From Tetramitus jugosus (lineage: Eukaryota > Protista > Heterolobosea): DNA of 64,000 bases. Below, piece after piece: positions 40,909 through 52,396 of the stretch. Every line of letters begins with the position of its first letter. The stretch's first letter is position 1. A model generated the notes under the pieces. The model was not told the origin of the DNA, made no database searches, and saw nothing but the letters and a program-made list of their open reading frames with translations. The stretch spans positions 186,001 through 250,000 of the forward strand of contig OW569366.1 in assembly GCA_937625935.1 (NCBI GenBank), given 5' to 3'. The position numbers and the translations under genes were made by a program.

Positions 40909-41871
40909 ATGAACGACCAAGAAGAGAGGATTCAGTCCACATTGAAACAAATTGAGAAGGAAAAGAATGTCAAAGTTCTGTATGCAGTCGAATCTGGTAG
41001 CAGAGCAGTTAACATGCACGGTGAACAATCAGATTATGACGTTCGATTCATCTATGTGAAATTGCCAGTTCTCGAACAATACTTGAGCTTGTTTGTTGAT
41101 CAGAAAGACACAATAGAAGGATTTAGAGGTAAAGATGGTGATAGGCAACTTGATTTTAATGGGTGGGATCTCAGGAAGGCATTGATATTGCTTGGGAAGT
41201 CCAATATTGACATTTTGGAATGGTTACAGTCGCCTGTTGTTTACACGAATATTTCTGAAGTGGATACCAGTCTTGGCAATACTGATTTTCACTTGGATGT
41301 CATTTCACAAATGAAACAATTGGCCAATATGTACTATTCCCGCAAGGAATTGTGCTTTAGCTATTTGGGTATGGCCAAGAAGCGATATCACGAAGCAACC
41401 AAAACAAAAGAGCTTAAAAAATACTTGTATGTGGTGAGATCAATCTTGGCCATTTATTACATCGATGCACTGGGACACAAGGGACTACCACCAATGAACA
41501 TTGATGCTTTGTTGAGTGAGACCCTGGGAAGGGACGATAGCAAACTCACTATTCAAAACATTATCGTGCAACTATTGGAGATGAAGAGGCAAGGAAAGGA
41601 TTCTCACATCGTAATATCCGACCAAGATCAGAAAGAACTCTTCACATGGATCGATGAAAGTATGCAACACTGTCAAACGATCGCCAAGCAATCTGCTAAT
41701 AAGAAACAGACCCGAGGCCAAGCTGAATCTTTGAAGGACTCTACTACTGATGAGACTTCTCAAAGTCTAGATAGCAACAAGCAACAACTGGACGATCTAT
41801 TCCTTCATACAATCAGAACTATCCATTGCAAGACAAGCAACAGTCGGGATTTTCTCTCGAACGGAGTTTAG
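40909..41871 (+). CDS. RlaP/YcgL-like Pol-beta superfamily nucleotidyltransferase
   Basis: LYAVESGSRA...SDYDVRFIY, GWDLRKAL.L..KSN..ILEWLQSP.VY and KKYLYVVR. Confidence 0.88.
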   Translation: MNDQEERIQSTLKQIEKEKNVKVLYAVESGSRAVNMHGEQSDYDVRFIYVKLPVLEQYLSLFVDQKDTIEGFRGKDGDRQLDFNGWDLRKALILLGKSNIDILEWLQSPVVYTNISEVDTSLGNTDFHLDVISQMKQLANMYYSRKELCFSYLGMAKKRYHEATKTKELKKYLYVVRSILAIYYIDALGHKGLPPMNIDALLSETLGRDDSKLTIQNIIVQLLEMKRQGKDSHIVISDQDQKELFTWIDESMQHCQTIAKQSANKKQTRGQAESLKDSTTDETSQSLDSNKQQLDDLFLHTIRTIHCKTSNSRDFLSNGV

Positions 41872-42077
41872 CCAAAAAAAGCTTCAAGCTCAAAAACTCT
41901 TCAAACAACAACACCATAAGCACACGACGAGGTTACTCCTTGAAGTACAGTATTAATTGGTTGGGGCTTAGCATCTTTGATTTTCTGCCAACAACACTCG
42001 ATTCTTCTCATAAAGTGAAAGAACTAGTTGTCTCACTTTTTTAATAACAACTCAATCATTTATCAAGTGATTCAATC

Positions 42078-43661
42078 ATGAACGATCTAGATCAACGTCT
42101 CGATCCTGCCATCTACAAACACCTGCCCGTTGTTTACTCTGTTTTTACAGCGGTTTGGTTTTTGGCGCTCTTAATTTGGCCGCTTCATTTGTGGTTTTAT
42201 CGGAAACAACCACTTCCGCTGCGATTCCATTCCTGGTTGACCTTGATTCCCCTGTGCAAGCTCTGTGGCATGATTGGTCATCTAGTCACGAGCTATCTCT
42301 GTCTCTATCACAACGCAAGCAAATGTAAGCTCTATGTTGTGATGCCATTGACTAGCTTGGACATTGTGAGTGAAGTTGTCGTGTTTGCTTCACTCATGTT
42401 CATGGCAAAGGGTTACATGGTGACTCGCACAGACATGGAAAATCAAGAAAAGAAGGCCATTATTTGGAATGCGTTTTGTTTGGGCATTTGTCAAGTGGCA
42501 AAGCAAATGAACTCATTCTTCTCCTTTCCGTTGTATGTCATGTACATTATACTGCTGTATCATGTTCTTTTGAGCATATCGATGAACGTGCGACTATTGG
42601 AGCGACACAAGTCATTCTATGAGGAGAATTATGATCAGACATTGGTGTCTTCAATGACTGCTGCTCAACAACAACTCTTTCTGCAGAGAAGAAGAGGTGA
42701 AGATGTGGAGGAAGAGGACGAAGACTCCACAATCACAGAGTCTGATGATGGAGATGTGTCTAATGATGATGCAACAGAGAGTGAAATCGATCATCATCAT
42801 CATGGTGAAGAGATGAGGAACAGAAATGTGCGTGCAAGTGATGCTGCAGAAGCTATTGTTTATGGAGAGGATCATGATGAAGAAACATCAATGACAGAGT
42901 TGGAAGGGAGACGACTCAATCGATCGCAACAACATGGTGAAGACAGTGATGATCATACGATTGATGTGGATGATATTGGTGGCCGTCAACCGGCATCTCA
43001 TGTCTCATTGACAGTGAATCGAGGTGGAAATAGAAGCAATGATGCTATTGCACAACCGTCATCCAACGAGCAGAATAGTGGAGAACCTGATTTAATCCGA
43101 ATACCACCCGTTCAAAAACTAGCTCTATTCAAGCACATGAAACAGATTATCATGGCATTTTTGGTGGTGAATCTAATTGTGAGTATTGCGTTCCTTGTCA
43201 CGAGTATCAAGGCAGATTCGAAAGAAGACTTGAGAAAATTTTCCTGGTTGGAGCAGACGATGCGGGAAGTAGTATATTCAATGAGTTTGCTAGTGCTTGG
43301 GTTTCTATGGCGCGTGAGAGATTTTAGCTACTATTATCAAACATTTGCGACCGAGGCGGTGGAATTACAACTGGCACTGTCAGGGATCTTGGATCGATTT
43401 GATCAAACCTTTGACACTGAGAATCATCCATCAGAAGAAGAGTCAGTTCCAGAGAGAAGTATTGAAGAAGAAATGAGAGAATTGCACTTGGCAAAGCCTC
43501 CCAGATTTACAAGAAGGCACGCAAATGAAGAAGAGGAAGTGGATCCTTCTAGCGTGCCAGTACTCGTGATTCAGAATCCATGCCGGTATCATGGTCAACA
43601 GCACTTGTGCTCTGCTTTGGCCCTCAGTTCCGTACAGGAGCCACCGCTGGACACTGAATAG
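42078..43661 (+). CDS. GOST/lung-7TM-like membrane protein with long acidic loop
   Basis: About 7 hydrophobic helices, LMFMAKGY.VTR and LWR motifs, D/E-rich insert. Confidence 0.6.
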   Translation: MNDLDQRLDPAIYKHLPVVYSVFTAVWFLALLIWPLHLWFYRKQPLPLRFHSWLTLIPLCKLCGMIGHLVTSYLCLYHNASKCKLYVVMPLTSLDIVSEVVVFASLMFMAKGYMVTRTDMENQEKKAIIWNAFCLGICQVAKQMNSFFSFPLYVMYIILLYHVLLSISMNVRLLERHKSFYEENYDQTLVSSMTAAQQQLFLQRRRGEDVEEEDEDSTITESDDGDVSNDDATESEIDHHHHGEEMRNRNVRASDAAEAIVYGEDHDEETSMTELEGRRLNRSQQHGEDSDDHTIDVDDIGGRQPASHVSLTVNRGGNRSNDAIAQPSSNEQNSGEPDLIRIPPVQKLALFKHMKQIIMAFLVVNLIVSIAFLVTSIKADSKEDLRKFSWLEQTMREVVYSMSLLVLGFLWRVRDFSYYYQTFATEAVELQLALSGILDRFDQTFDTENHPSEEESVPERSIEEEMRELHLAKPPRFTRRHANEEEEVDPSSVPVLVIQNPCRYHGQQHLCSALALSSVQEPPLDTE

Positions 43662-43782
43662 AACGAACAACAACACGTCGATCTGTTATAAAATAATACC
43701 ACTAATTTATTCAAAGGGTGCATTTTTCAAATTTGATGATCATCTGTGGTGGTGCAGTTCATTTTAGTCTATCGAAACAACC

Positions 43783-44928
43783 TTATCCCAGTCTGTACAA
43801 GCAATCAGACAATTGGAACTTGAGAGCGATCCAACCAGCTGGAGTAGCCAACTCAAATCTCTCATCCTCTGGTGTCAATGATTCAAAAGTAATGGCTGCT
43901 CGTTCCTCCCATTGTTCATTAGTCACAGAGTTTGCATCCTCCTTCATCATCTCCATGTATCGATCATAGAGAACCTTCTTCTTCTTTGAAACAGCCAACA
44001 ATTTCTCCTGTTCCTTCAACATGTCCATCTCTGCTTCAAAGACCAGAGGAACATGATACTTTTCGAGGAATTCACGGTGTTGATCTCTTGGAGTGCTCAA
44101 CGCTTCTTGCATGTGCTCCTCATAGACACGTCTGTTGCCAGTCTTGTGCGCTTCGAGGAAGATATTGATGGCCACTCTGTCAGGAATGACTGGCTTCTCT
44201 GGCAAATCTACATTGAAGATTTGTTTGGCCAATTGAGAGTACAATTGACTCAAATCCTTCAACATGCCTGGATCCATCAACGAAAACTTGCCAATAATTG
44301 TCCGAATGGCCTCTGTTTTTTGAATTTCATCCTTGCCAGAGTTGGCCACAACGGGTAGTTGATTGGCAACAGCGGTTCTTGCGTCCATCATGAATCGAAG
44401 GTACTTTTGGAATTTTGGAAACAATTGTGTTTCATTGGCTATTGTTGTTGTGGTTGTTGTTGTGGTTGTTGTGATTGATTGATCGAGAAAAATATGTAAG
44501 TAAAGAGTTTTTTGGCGCCAAATGATCGAGAAAAAAAAACACATACACATGGCAGCAATTTCATTGGCTTTTTGAATGTAAGGCTCACTGTTCAATGTGG
44601 AAATGAGAATTGCAAGTGCCTTTTTCGCTTCTTCATGAGGCAACAACATTCTATTGATTCTCTCTTCATCAATTGGGAAGACAAATGGCTTCTTTTCTTC
44701 TTCTGATGTTTCTGATGTTGTTGTTGTTGATGATGATTCTGGTTGTTCTTGTTGTTCAGTGACTGTGGATGATTGAAGTCTCCATTGTTGTTGTTGTTGG
44801 AAGAGTCTCAGTGTGTTCGTGTTGGTGGAGGATGAGAAGAGATGGGTGGTGGATGAAGTTCTAGACAGTTGTTGGAAGCAGTGGCGATAGTTCTTTTGAA
44901 CCAATTGTCTCACGAGTGTCGACGACAT
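43783..44928 (-). CDS. Hypothetical protein with probable mitochondrial presequence; intron 44439-44546
   Basis: R/S/L/Q-rich N-terminus MSSTLVRQLVQKNYR; 108-nt GTATGT...TAG low-complexity in-frame intron. Confidence 0.7.
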   Translation of the reverse strand: MSSTLVRQLVQKNYRHCFQQLSRTSSTTHLFSSSTNTNTLRLFQQQQQWRLQSSTVTEQQEQPESSSTTTTSETSEEEKKPFVFPIDEERINRMLLPHEEAKKALAILISTLNSEPYIQKANEIAAMCMCFFFSIIWRQKTLYLHIFLDQSITTTTTTTTTTIANETQLFPKFQKYLRFMMDARTAVANQLPVVANSGKDEIQKTEAIRTIIGKFSLMDPGMLKDLSQLYSQLAKQIFNVDLPEKPVIPDRVAINIFLEAHKTGNRRVYEEHMQEALSTPRDQHREFLEKYHVPLVFEAEMDMLKEQEKLLAVSKKKKVLYDRYMEMMKEDANSVTNEQWEERAAITFESLTPEDERFELATPAGWIALKFQLSDCLYRLG

Positions 44929-45065
44929 GATTTTTTGTTTGTTACTCTTGTTGTTGGGGTGATTTTTTGTTTTTGTCTTTGTGTGTGGAAAAAGTTTTTT
45001 TTTGCGCGGAGATGAGAAACAAAAAAGGCCGCCGAAAACATTTTGCATTTTTTTTATGTGTTAGT

Positions 45066-45671
45066 TCAAAGATATCCATATTCGCTGCATAGTCTAGGGA
45101 ACAGTCTAGGAAGATCTTCGTCCTCCCAAGGTTCAGTCACAGTGTCTTGTGCCCACGTAGGATATTGATCTTCTGAATTCTCCGATGGCAGTTCATTCTC
45201 ACTCAACGCGTACAGTGATTTTCCCGTTTTTTCCTCATAAATCTCCTCTGGCAACGTCAATAGCTCTTCGAGCTCACTGACAAATCGACCATCTTTTTGA
45301 AATTGTTCCAAGCTTTCCACGTTGCGCATCGTTGTCTCATACATTTGTCTTCCCTGTGATATCAACCAAGCTCTCGTATAATCAAATGCATCATCAGACA
45401 TACCACCACTGATAATGTGAAGCACAGCCCACAAATCATATCTCCATGCAATAGAGTCTAGGCGTGTCAAATGATAACGGAACCACAAAATGTTCTCTGG
45501 TGTCAATTGCTTGAGTTGTTGTGAGACATAATGGAGAAAACATTCGTTTTTGGCATGTTCGGTACTATCCAGTTGATTGGAGTGTGTTTGGACTTGTGCT
45601 TGACAGTGGTCAATCAGTCTCCAAAAGTCATTCAAGCTCAGTCTTTGTTGAACAGTGGTGTTGGTGGCCAT
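45066..45671 (-). CDS. DUF4240-family protein
   Basis: FWRLID, DLWAV..I.GG.SDDAFDY.RAWLISQGR and C-terminal LPRLFPRL. Confidence 0.85.
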   Translation of the reverse strand: MATNTTVQQRLSLNDFWRLIDHCQAQVQTHSNQLDSTEHAKNECFLHYVSQQLKQLTPENILWFRYHLTRLDSIAWRYDLWAVLHIISGGMSDDAFDYTRAWLISQGRQMYETTMRNVESLEQFQKDGRFVSELEELLTLPEEIYEEKTGKSLYALSENELPSENSEDQYPTWAQDTVTEPWEDEDLPRLFPRLCSEYGYL

Positions 45672-45819
45672 TATTATGATTGGGGTTTTTTTTATTGCTG
45701 TGTGTGGTTCAACAAGGAATGGAATGATAGAACTTTTCATCAACCAAATTTTCCGCGAATCGACAATGTCCGGAGCTTGTGCTATTTGGAGAGGCCGTGC
45801 ATTCCGAACAGAGCATAGG

Positions 45820-46623
45820 ATGTCACAAGAATCTGAGCTCACAACAACAAATCGACCAGAAAATCACAGTATGGATGCATTGATGAACGACGCACTTCAG
45901 GAAATATTCCTTTTTCTTGAGCCAGCAGATGTGTACAACGCCTCACATGTATGTCAGCAATGGCAAAGGGCAGTCATTGGAGATGGAAATGAATTGAGTG
46001 AAGTCAACATTCTTTGGTACAGAATGTTGCTTCGTGACCAGCACCTATCAGAAGAAACAATGTGCAAGTATATTCAAGATTCCAGAAGGTTGTCACAATT
46101 AAACAAGGGGCAATTGCAAAGAATGAGAAGGAGCAAGAGGCATAAGAAGAAGAGGGATCAAAGTTCTAAATCGTTTCAACATCAATTCAGGGAGAATGAA
46201 TCAGTGAGATACTGGGAAAGGATATACTGGTATCATTTAGAAAAAATCGACAGATGTGCGGATCTTAACCAGAAACTCAGAGATCTACACAAGGCGGTTT
46301 GCTACTTGTATCCCTGTTGGATTCCAACATGGTACAGGATTACACCGGAACTGTGTACCTGGAAAAGAGATAGAACAGGAAGTGCAAGATGCAACTTACA
46401 GTTTGAAGAAACAGTCGAGGAGGGTGTTGTTAAACACACCATTCATTGTACCAAGTGCAAAGTTGCCATTTCAACAACTGATTTGAAGGTATCCAAGAAG
46501 AAGTACTCTGATTGCTATGGTCCACATAGAGCAAAGTTCTACCCCCTGAAACTCCATCCCATTTCAGTTTTCAATTATGATACACTAGAAGGAGAGATTA
46601 TTCAACAATTCGTCAGAACATAG
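45820..46623 (+). CDS. F-box protein
   Basis: LMNDALQEIFLFLEPADVYNASHVCQQW. Confidence 0.8.
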   Translation: MSQESELTTTNRPENHSMDALMNDALQEIFLFLEPADVYNASHVCQQWQRAVIGDGNELSEVNILWYRMLLRDQHLSEETMCKYIQDSRRLSQLNKGQLQRMRRSKRHKKKRDQSSKSFQHQFRENESVRYWERIYWYHLEKIDRCADLNQKLRDLHKAVCYLYPCWIPTWYRITPELCTWKRDRTGSARCNLQFEETVEEGVVKHTIHCTKCKVAISTTDLKVSKKKYSDCYGPHRAKFYPLKLHPISVFNYDTLEGEIIQQFVRT

Positions 46624-46835
46624 ATCAAATTAATGAACAGAGATTTATTGGGAGTGTGAAATCACCATCCAATAATAAAGCACAAAATAAATTTCCCAAT
46701 CTAAGTCTTCTAACCTTCTCTCAAATTCTATCCTGATACCTGAATTCGTGTTCTCCGCCAATTACCTTTCTGTCTCATGTTGTGCAGATATAGTTGTGTG
46801 AGAAATCAAGAGGTTGAAAGTCGTAGAAATTGCTT

Positions 46836-47372
46836 TCATAGCTTGATACTCAATGGCCGAGCGTTTGATCCCTCTAGGGCTCGCATGTGACCGGGAGACG
46901 AACTCGACATCCATGTATTGTTCCTTCTTTCTCTTCGAACTTGAACCACTGTGCTCACAAATTGAAGAAGCCACTTTGCAAAATAGCTATCACCAATGAT
47001 TTTGAACAAAAAATTGGTGTTTCTTTGTGTTGTCGAACGAGGTGCAGATCTTAATGCGACACTCAACTGCTGAGGATTGGGAACGAGCATCAATTGTTGT
47101 TGATTGTTCAATATTGTTGTTGTTGTTGTTGATGACGGTGCATGAGTAAGCATCAGTGGTGGAGTCCTGTCGTTTGAACCTCCAAACGTAATGGACAGAG
47201 GATGATGTTCATCTTGACTGTTCAATCTTTGTCTCTCACTCTTCACATGTTGGATGTGAGACAATGGATCCTTGTTGCCAATTTGTTTCAATTGTTGAGA
47301 GTTTTTGTTCCATGGGGTGATACCCAGGGCTACCGTTCCACAAATGACCAACGCAATGGCCAAGTCTAACAT
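46836..47372 (-). CDS. Hypothetical small protein with N-terminal hydrophobic segment
   Basis: ATG ORF of 178 aa with host-like Q/T low complexity, divergent from U2A'. Confidence 0.5.
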   Translation of the reverse strand: MLDLAIALVICGTVALGITPWNKNSQQLKQIGNKDPLSHIQHVKSERQRLNSQDEHHPLSITFGGSNDRTPPLMLTHAPSSTTTTTILNNQQQLMLVPNPQQLSVALRSAPRSTTQRNTNFLFKIIGDSYFAKWLLQFVSTVVQVRRERRNNTWMSSSSPGHMRALEGSNARPLSIKL

Positions 47373-47502
47373 GTTCTCATGTGTGTGTATTCACAAGAAA
47401 AGATCTGTTTGTTCTTCTTTCTTCGTTGATCGTGGTAATGTATTTTCGCGCCAAAAATTGATCAAGCAGTTGGTTGAACAATGCACACAAACACAAAAAA
47501 CA

Positions 47503-48292
47503 ATGAGACTCACACCGGAACTGATCCAACATGCTCCTCAATTTTTGAATCCTGTGAATGACAGAGAACTTGATCTCAGGGGTCACAAGATTGAACTCAT
47601 TGAGAATTTGGGTGTAACGAGAGACACGTTTGACACGATTGATCTATCAGACAATATCATTCGAAGAGTGGAAAATTTTCCTCAGATGAATCGATTGAGG
47701 CATCTACTATTGTCGAATAATCGAATAGAAACGATTGATGCGAGTGTGGCACTGCGATTACCGAATCTGGAGTCACTCGTGTTATCAAACAATGATCTCA
47801 AGGATCTGGATACTCTCATTCCATTAAAGAACTTTAAGAGATTGCATAGCTTGAGTCTGTTGGACAATTTGGTGACAAAAAGAGACAATTATCGACTATT
47901 TGTCATCTATCATGTGCCTTCATTGAAGTTTTTGGATTTTGTAAAAGTAAAGCTAACGGAGCGACAACAGGCGAAAAAAGTGTTTGAGGAGTCACGTGGA
48001 GCTGTGACTGCTGCAGTGTCAGAGTCAAAGACATTTACTGTAGGAAGTGTTCAAGAAGAAGAAAAACAGCCAATACCGCATATTGTATCTGGTTTAACAC
48101 AGGAGGAGAAAACAAAGTTAAAGGTAAGTCAAGTTTTTCTTGTTGCTTGTGTGAGCTGACTTTTATGTGACTTACTCTTTTGTTTTTACTATTGCATAGA
48201 TTGCGATAACGAACGCCAAGACGTATGAAGAGATGAAATATTACGAACAATGCTTGCTTACGAATACGATGCCAAAGGAATTGAACCAATAA
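47503..48292 (+). CDS. SNRPA1: U2 snRNP A' (LRR), intron 48124-48199
   Basis: MRLTPELI..APQFLNP..DRELDLRG.KI..IENLG, YRLFVI, LDF.KVK..ER; exon 2 IAITNAKTYEE. Confidence 0.95.
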
Positions 48293-48463
48293 ATGACATC
48301 GGACTTTTCAACTATCCCGACCGTAATAGGTTTTGGCGGTATCTTTCCATCCGTTACACGATGTACTACTTTTGTCAAAGTGTCTCGAAAATTTCATCTA
48401 ACACCACTTAACACTTCTGAAAAGAGATAGAGTCATATCTAGCATCAATATTGTGTTACTAAC

Positions 48464-51400
48464 ATGTTCAATAGTTTACCAACTAGCTCTGATCTACAGG
48501 GATATAGCACTTTAAACCTGTTGGAGGATTTGGAGCGAAATGTCGAGAATATTACTAATATTTACAACTTGCATGATGCTATCAAGACTCAGTCCCGTAA
48601 GTACCATTGTCATCCTATGTGTTGTTCAACACCAGCAGCTCTAATCTTTCCTATTCTCAGCTGAAAATAAGGAGAATATATCGTCTGCTGTTGCAAGTTC
48701 GAACAAAGTTCTCTCACCCACTTTGGTAAGGAAGGGTTCATCATTGACAGAGTCTAAACCACTCCCTCTCAAGGAAAGGGTTGAATCGAAAAAGTTGCGG
48801 AGATTAAGTTTCAAAAACAGTCCGATCATACATCTGTATGAGAGCACAGCCAATAGTTTTGATTTGAATTCCTCAATTGACTCTTCCGATATTGTCTCTG
48901 AGTTTCTTTCATCGAAGACTGCTCCATCCTTCCAACAGTTTGAAGTTCAAGTGGATCAGAGAACTGAAGGAGATAACCAGACAAAGGTATCAATGACAGA
49001 ATCTGAGGCCATTTTACGCAAAAAGGAACGCTCTCTTCAATTGAAAGAAAAGATCAAGCAGCTGAAGATAGAGCAGGAGAAGCTCATTAAGCAACACGAG
49101 ACAGTCCAAAAGTTATTCATTACTGATGATGAAGTCGAGGATGCTGATACGGACATCGAAATACTAGAGATAGAGGAAGTGCCCGCAACTCCATCAACAC
49201 CAAAACAAAAGGTATGAACATATTTCACCCTAAGAGTCAAATTCTCTGTGCTAACAATTTCTCTAGAGTGCTGGCTTGTTTGACAGATTACGGTCGCCCT
49301 CGTCGTTAATTATTCGCAGTGTATTAAACACAAAGTTGGATCCAGTTGAACAAGCAGACCCAATCGTTGTTGTTAATGAACAAAACAGGGTACATAACAA
49401 TTCCATTTTAGATCAAGAAGAATCTTCGGTTGGATCGAGCCCTTGTTCAAATGAGACTATTATGCAATACCTTCCATATCTTGTCGTCTCAGATCCTCAG
49501 AAGAAGCTTGAGGCGCTAAGAAATATAGTGAGAGTTCTTGATACAAAGCAACACCTACCAATGATTCAAAAGAGGAGCTTAGTGGATTCACTCGTAATAT
49601 GCTTGGAAGGATTTGACAACCAAGAAGATCATTTCAATCGCTTGGTGATTATTGCATTTTCGAAGCTAGGGAAATATGCCAATCCAGCCGCAAAACTACT
49701 TCTCGGTCTCCTGAAGGATCCTATGAGAAGACAGTATTTTGAGTTAGCAATCGAGTCACTGTTATGTATCGGTGTCATAGGTCTGAAGAGTTTGCTGTCT
49801 TTATGTTCAGAAGCGACTTCTGACTTTGACAGTTATATCTTGAGTCACATTGCCAACCATCAAATGATCCAGCAACATGTCATTATACCAACATTAATAT
49901 ATGAATGTGATTCCGTTGAGGGTGACAAAAGAACTGCGGCTGTAGGGGCTCTATTGAAGATGCAAGAGAGAGCGGTTGGAGCACTTTCCACTTTATTGAA
50001 CATGTTGATCGCTGGATCAGTTAGTCGTAAGTTGGTTGTTAGAGCAATTAAGAATTGTGGTGAAGAAGGTGAGAGAATGCTACTCTATCTCAGTCAAAAT
50101 AGAAACCATAGAGTAAGGGCATGTATAGCCTATATTCTTGGACGGAAGAGAGTTGAGACTAGTTCACTCAAAGTTATCGTCAGTACGGATTATTCATCAA
50201 TGTTGACTCAACCAAAGATTGTTTTCCAGAGAGGAGATGATGGTAATTGTTGTTATTCTTTTGATGTATTCGAAGAGAACCCAAGCTAACTTTTCTTTCA
50301 TAGAATCAGGCGATTATTTACTACTTGATGCTCGAGAGTTGATATCATCAATCAATCGTGGCTTAGCAGAAAATGCTTTTGACTCAATGCACGAAGTGGG
50401 GTATCGATTGGACTCCTCGATAACCCACATTTTAGTTAATTCTCTGAAGGTGAAATCTCAAAGTCTTGCATTTGGCACACCATTTGTTGTTGACAAGTCG
50501 TTGGATATAATCAAAACTAACTTACCTCTGGTGTGCAATAGTGATCATGATCACACTGATGAGACAGTTTCTCAAGATTCGGTGAACATATTGTCTCGCG
50601 AATGTTCGAAAACGTTAGCTACCATGCTTTCAGATCCTGAAGAGAGTGTGAAAGTGTCTGCTGCCATATCGATAGCAAATATAGGTCTTCCTGACGCTGA
50701 GCCAGCTATTGATGCACTTATAGATGGTCTTTCCGATCAAAATAATAAGATACGTGCTGAGATTCTACAATCATTCAGTCGTATTGGTACTCAATTGATC
50801 AATAGTCAAGCCTCCAAACTACCAAACATAATGAGAACTATAGCACCATTATTAAAGGATTCTCATTGGAACGTGAGAGCAGCTGCTGTATCTGCACTTA
50901 CAAGTTTTGGTACAGAGGTCAGCACAGACAAAGGTGTAGAGAAATTGTGTATACCTCTATTACTTAAGCTATTGAAAGACGGTTCAGTGAATCGAAATGA
51001 GGTTGCGAAATGTTTAATATCGATAGGTGACAAGGGTGTTTTGCAGGTGATGACATTAATGAGACAAGAAACTCAAACGACAGCCCAAGTTAGGAAGAGT
51101 ACTGCGTATGGCTTGAGTTTAGTTGATATCAAAGCACCATACATTGACAAAGTTATCGAATGTCTATTTCTATCAGCCAGAGATCGGGTGCCTCCCGTTA
51201 GAAGAACAGTTCTCGCGGCCCTAGGCACACTATCACAGAAGGATAACAACTTCATCACTTATCTACGACCTCGATCTCTGCTACCCTTCTTATACAGTTT
51301 TCTGAAGGATCGGGAAAGCTGTGTACGAGAGATAGCTGCCGAGGTCATCGCTTTATCAGGACCTCATGGAGAGTTGTTACTGATTGAGGGATTACTTAAA

Positions 51401-51712
51401 GATTCCAATAATGTTATTCGAGCCAGCGCCGCTTATGGATTGAAGTTTGTGGGACCAAGGGCCATCCGAACCTTACTACTGGCCCTAGATGACAAAGATC
51501 CAAAAGTATCTGAAGCTGTTTGTAGTGCCATCGAGTCTATGGAACCAGTTTCAATTGCAGAGGTTCTAAAGACACGACCCATTCAGCAATGCCAGTCGGT
51601 GATCCAATCTGCCAAAGAAATCATCACCGAATCGATACCCATATCTATCGCTTTGAACACAATGTTATCAAAACTTGTTCAGGAGTTGGAGAAGATTGTT
51701 CAACAGCAGTGA
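48464..51712 (+). CDS. HEAT/PBS-lyase-like repeat protein, about 3 introns (~48597-48660, 49212-49266, 50242-50303)
   Basis: Consecutive ORFs joined by GT..CTAA(C/T)..AG introns; repeats such as LKDSHWNVRAAAVSAL. Confidence 0.8.
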
Positions 51713-51870
51713 AGCACATAATACTAAGTATCTAGGAGGTTCTTGGAGGTTTTCAGAATAAAGAATAGACTCATCAACAGTCCACAAAAGTTGTATTTAC
51801 AAGAGCTGTACTAAACGTAAAAAGCAACAGCCAATCCTAATTATATTCATCAGACTCCGGAGTCAATCAC

Positions 51871-52299
51871 TCAATGCCCTATTCGGTTGTTAGGTATGCT
51901 CTCAATGGCAGGATCATTGAAATCGTCGCGGTTGGAAGACCTTGGGCGTTGATGATTATTCATCAACATTGGAGATGGTTGGTGTGCAGAAGGAGCATTC
52001 GAAGGCAAAGCCAATAAATTACCTCTCACACCCGTCGCAGAGCCTCGGTTGTTACTGTCATTCCCATAATATCCAATACTTTGTAACTGAGGAGAGTTCA
52101 ATCTCCGTTGTTCAATCACCCGATTGACATGCTGTAATTCGGCGGAGAAACGATCAACCGTGTCAAAAACAGTGTGCACGAGAGCTTCTGTAAAGGAAAC
52201 CTTGTAATTCTTTTGTGCTTGCAATTTCCTCCTTGTTTGAACAATTTTCATGCTAGAGAACAGAGACGCCACTGCACCCAAGAAAACATATAGAACCAT
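51871..52299 (-). CDS. Hypothetical small protein with N-terminal hydrophobic segment
   Basis: ATG ORF MVLYVFLGAVASLFSS..., preceded by a CAA/A-rich leader. Confidence 0.5.
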   Translation of the reverse strand: MVLYVFLGAVASLFSSMKIVQTRRKLQAQKNYKVSFTEALVHTVFDTVDRFSAELQHVNRVIEQRRLNSPQLQSIGYYGNDSNNRGSATGVRGNLLALPSNAPSAHQPSPMLMNNHQRPRSSNRDDFNDPAIESIPNNRIGH

Positions 52300-52396
52300 T
52301 CTGCTCTGATCACAAGTTGCTTTTGTTTTTTGATGTGGAACAATCTCCGATTGAAGGTTCAAGGGAAGAAAAATCGAAGTATTGGAACTGTAGTCT

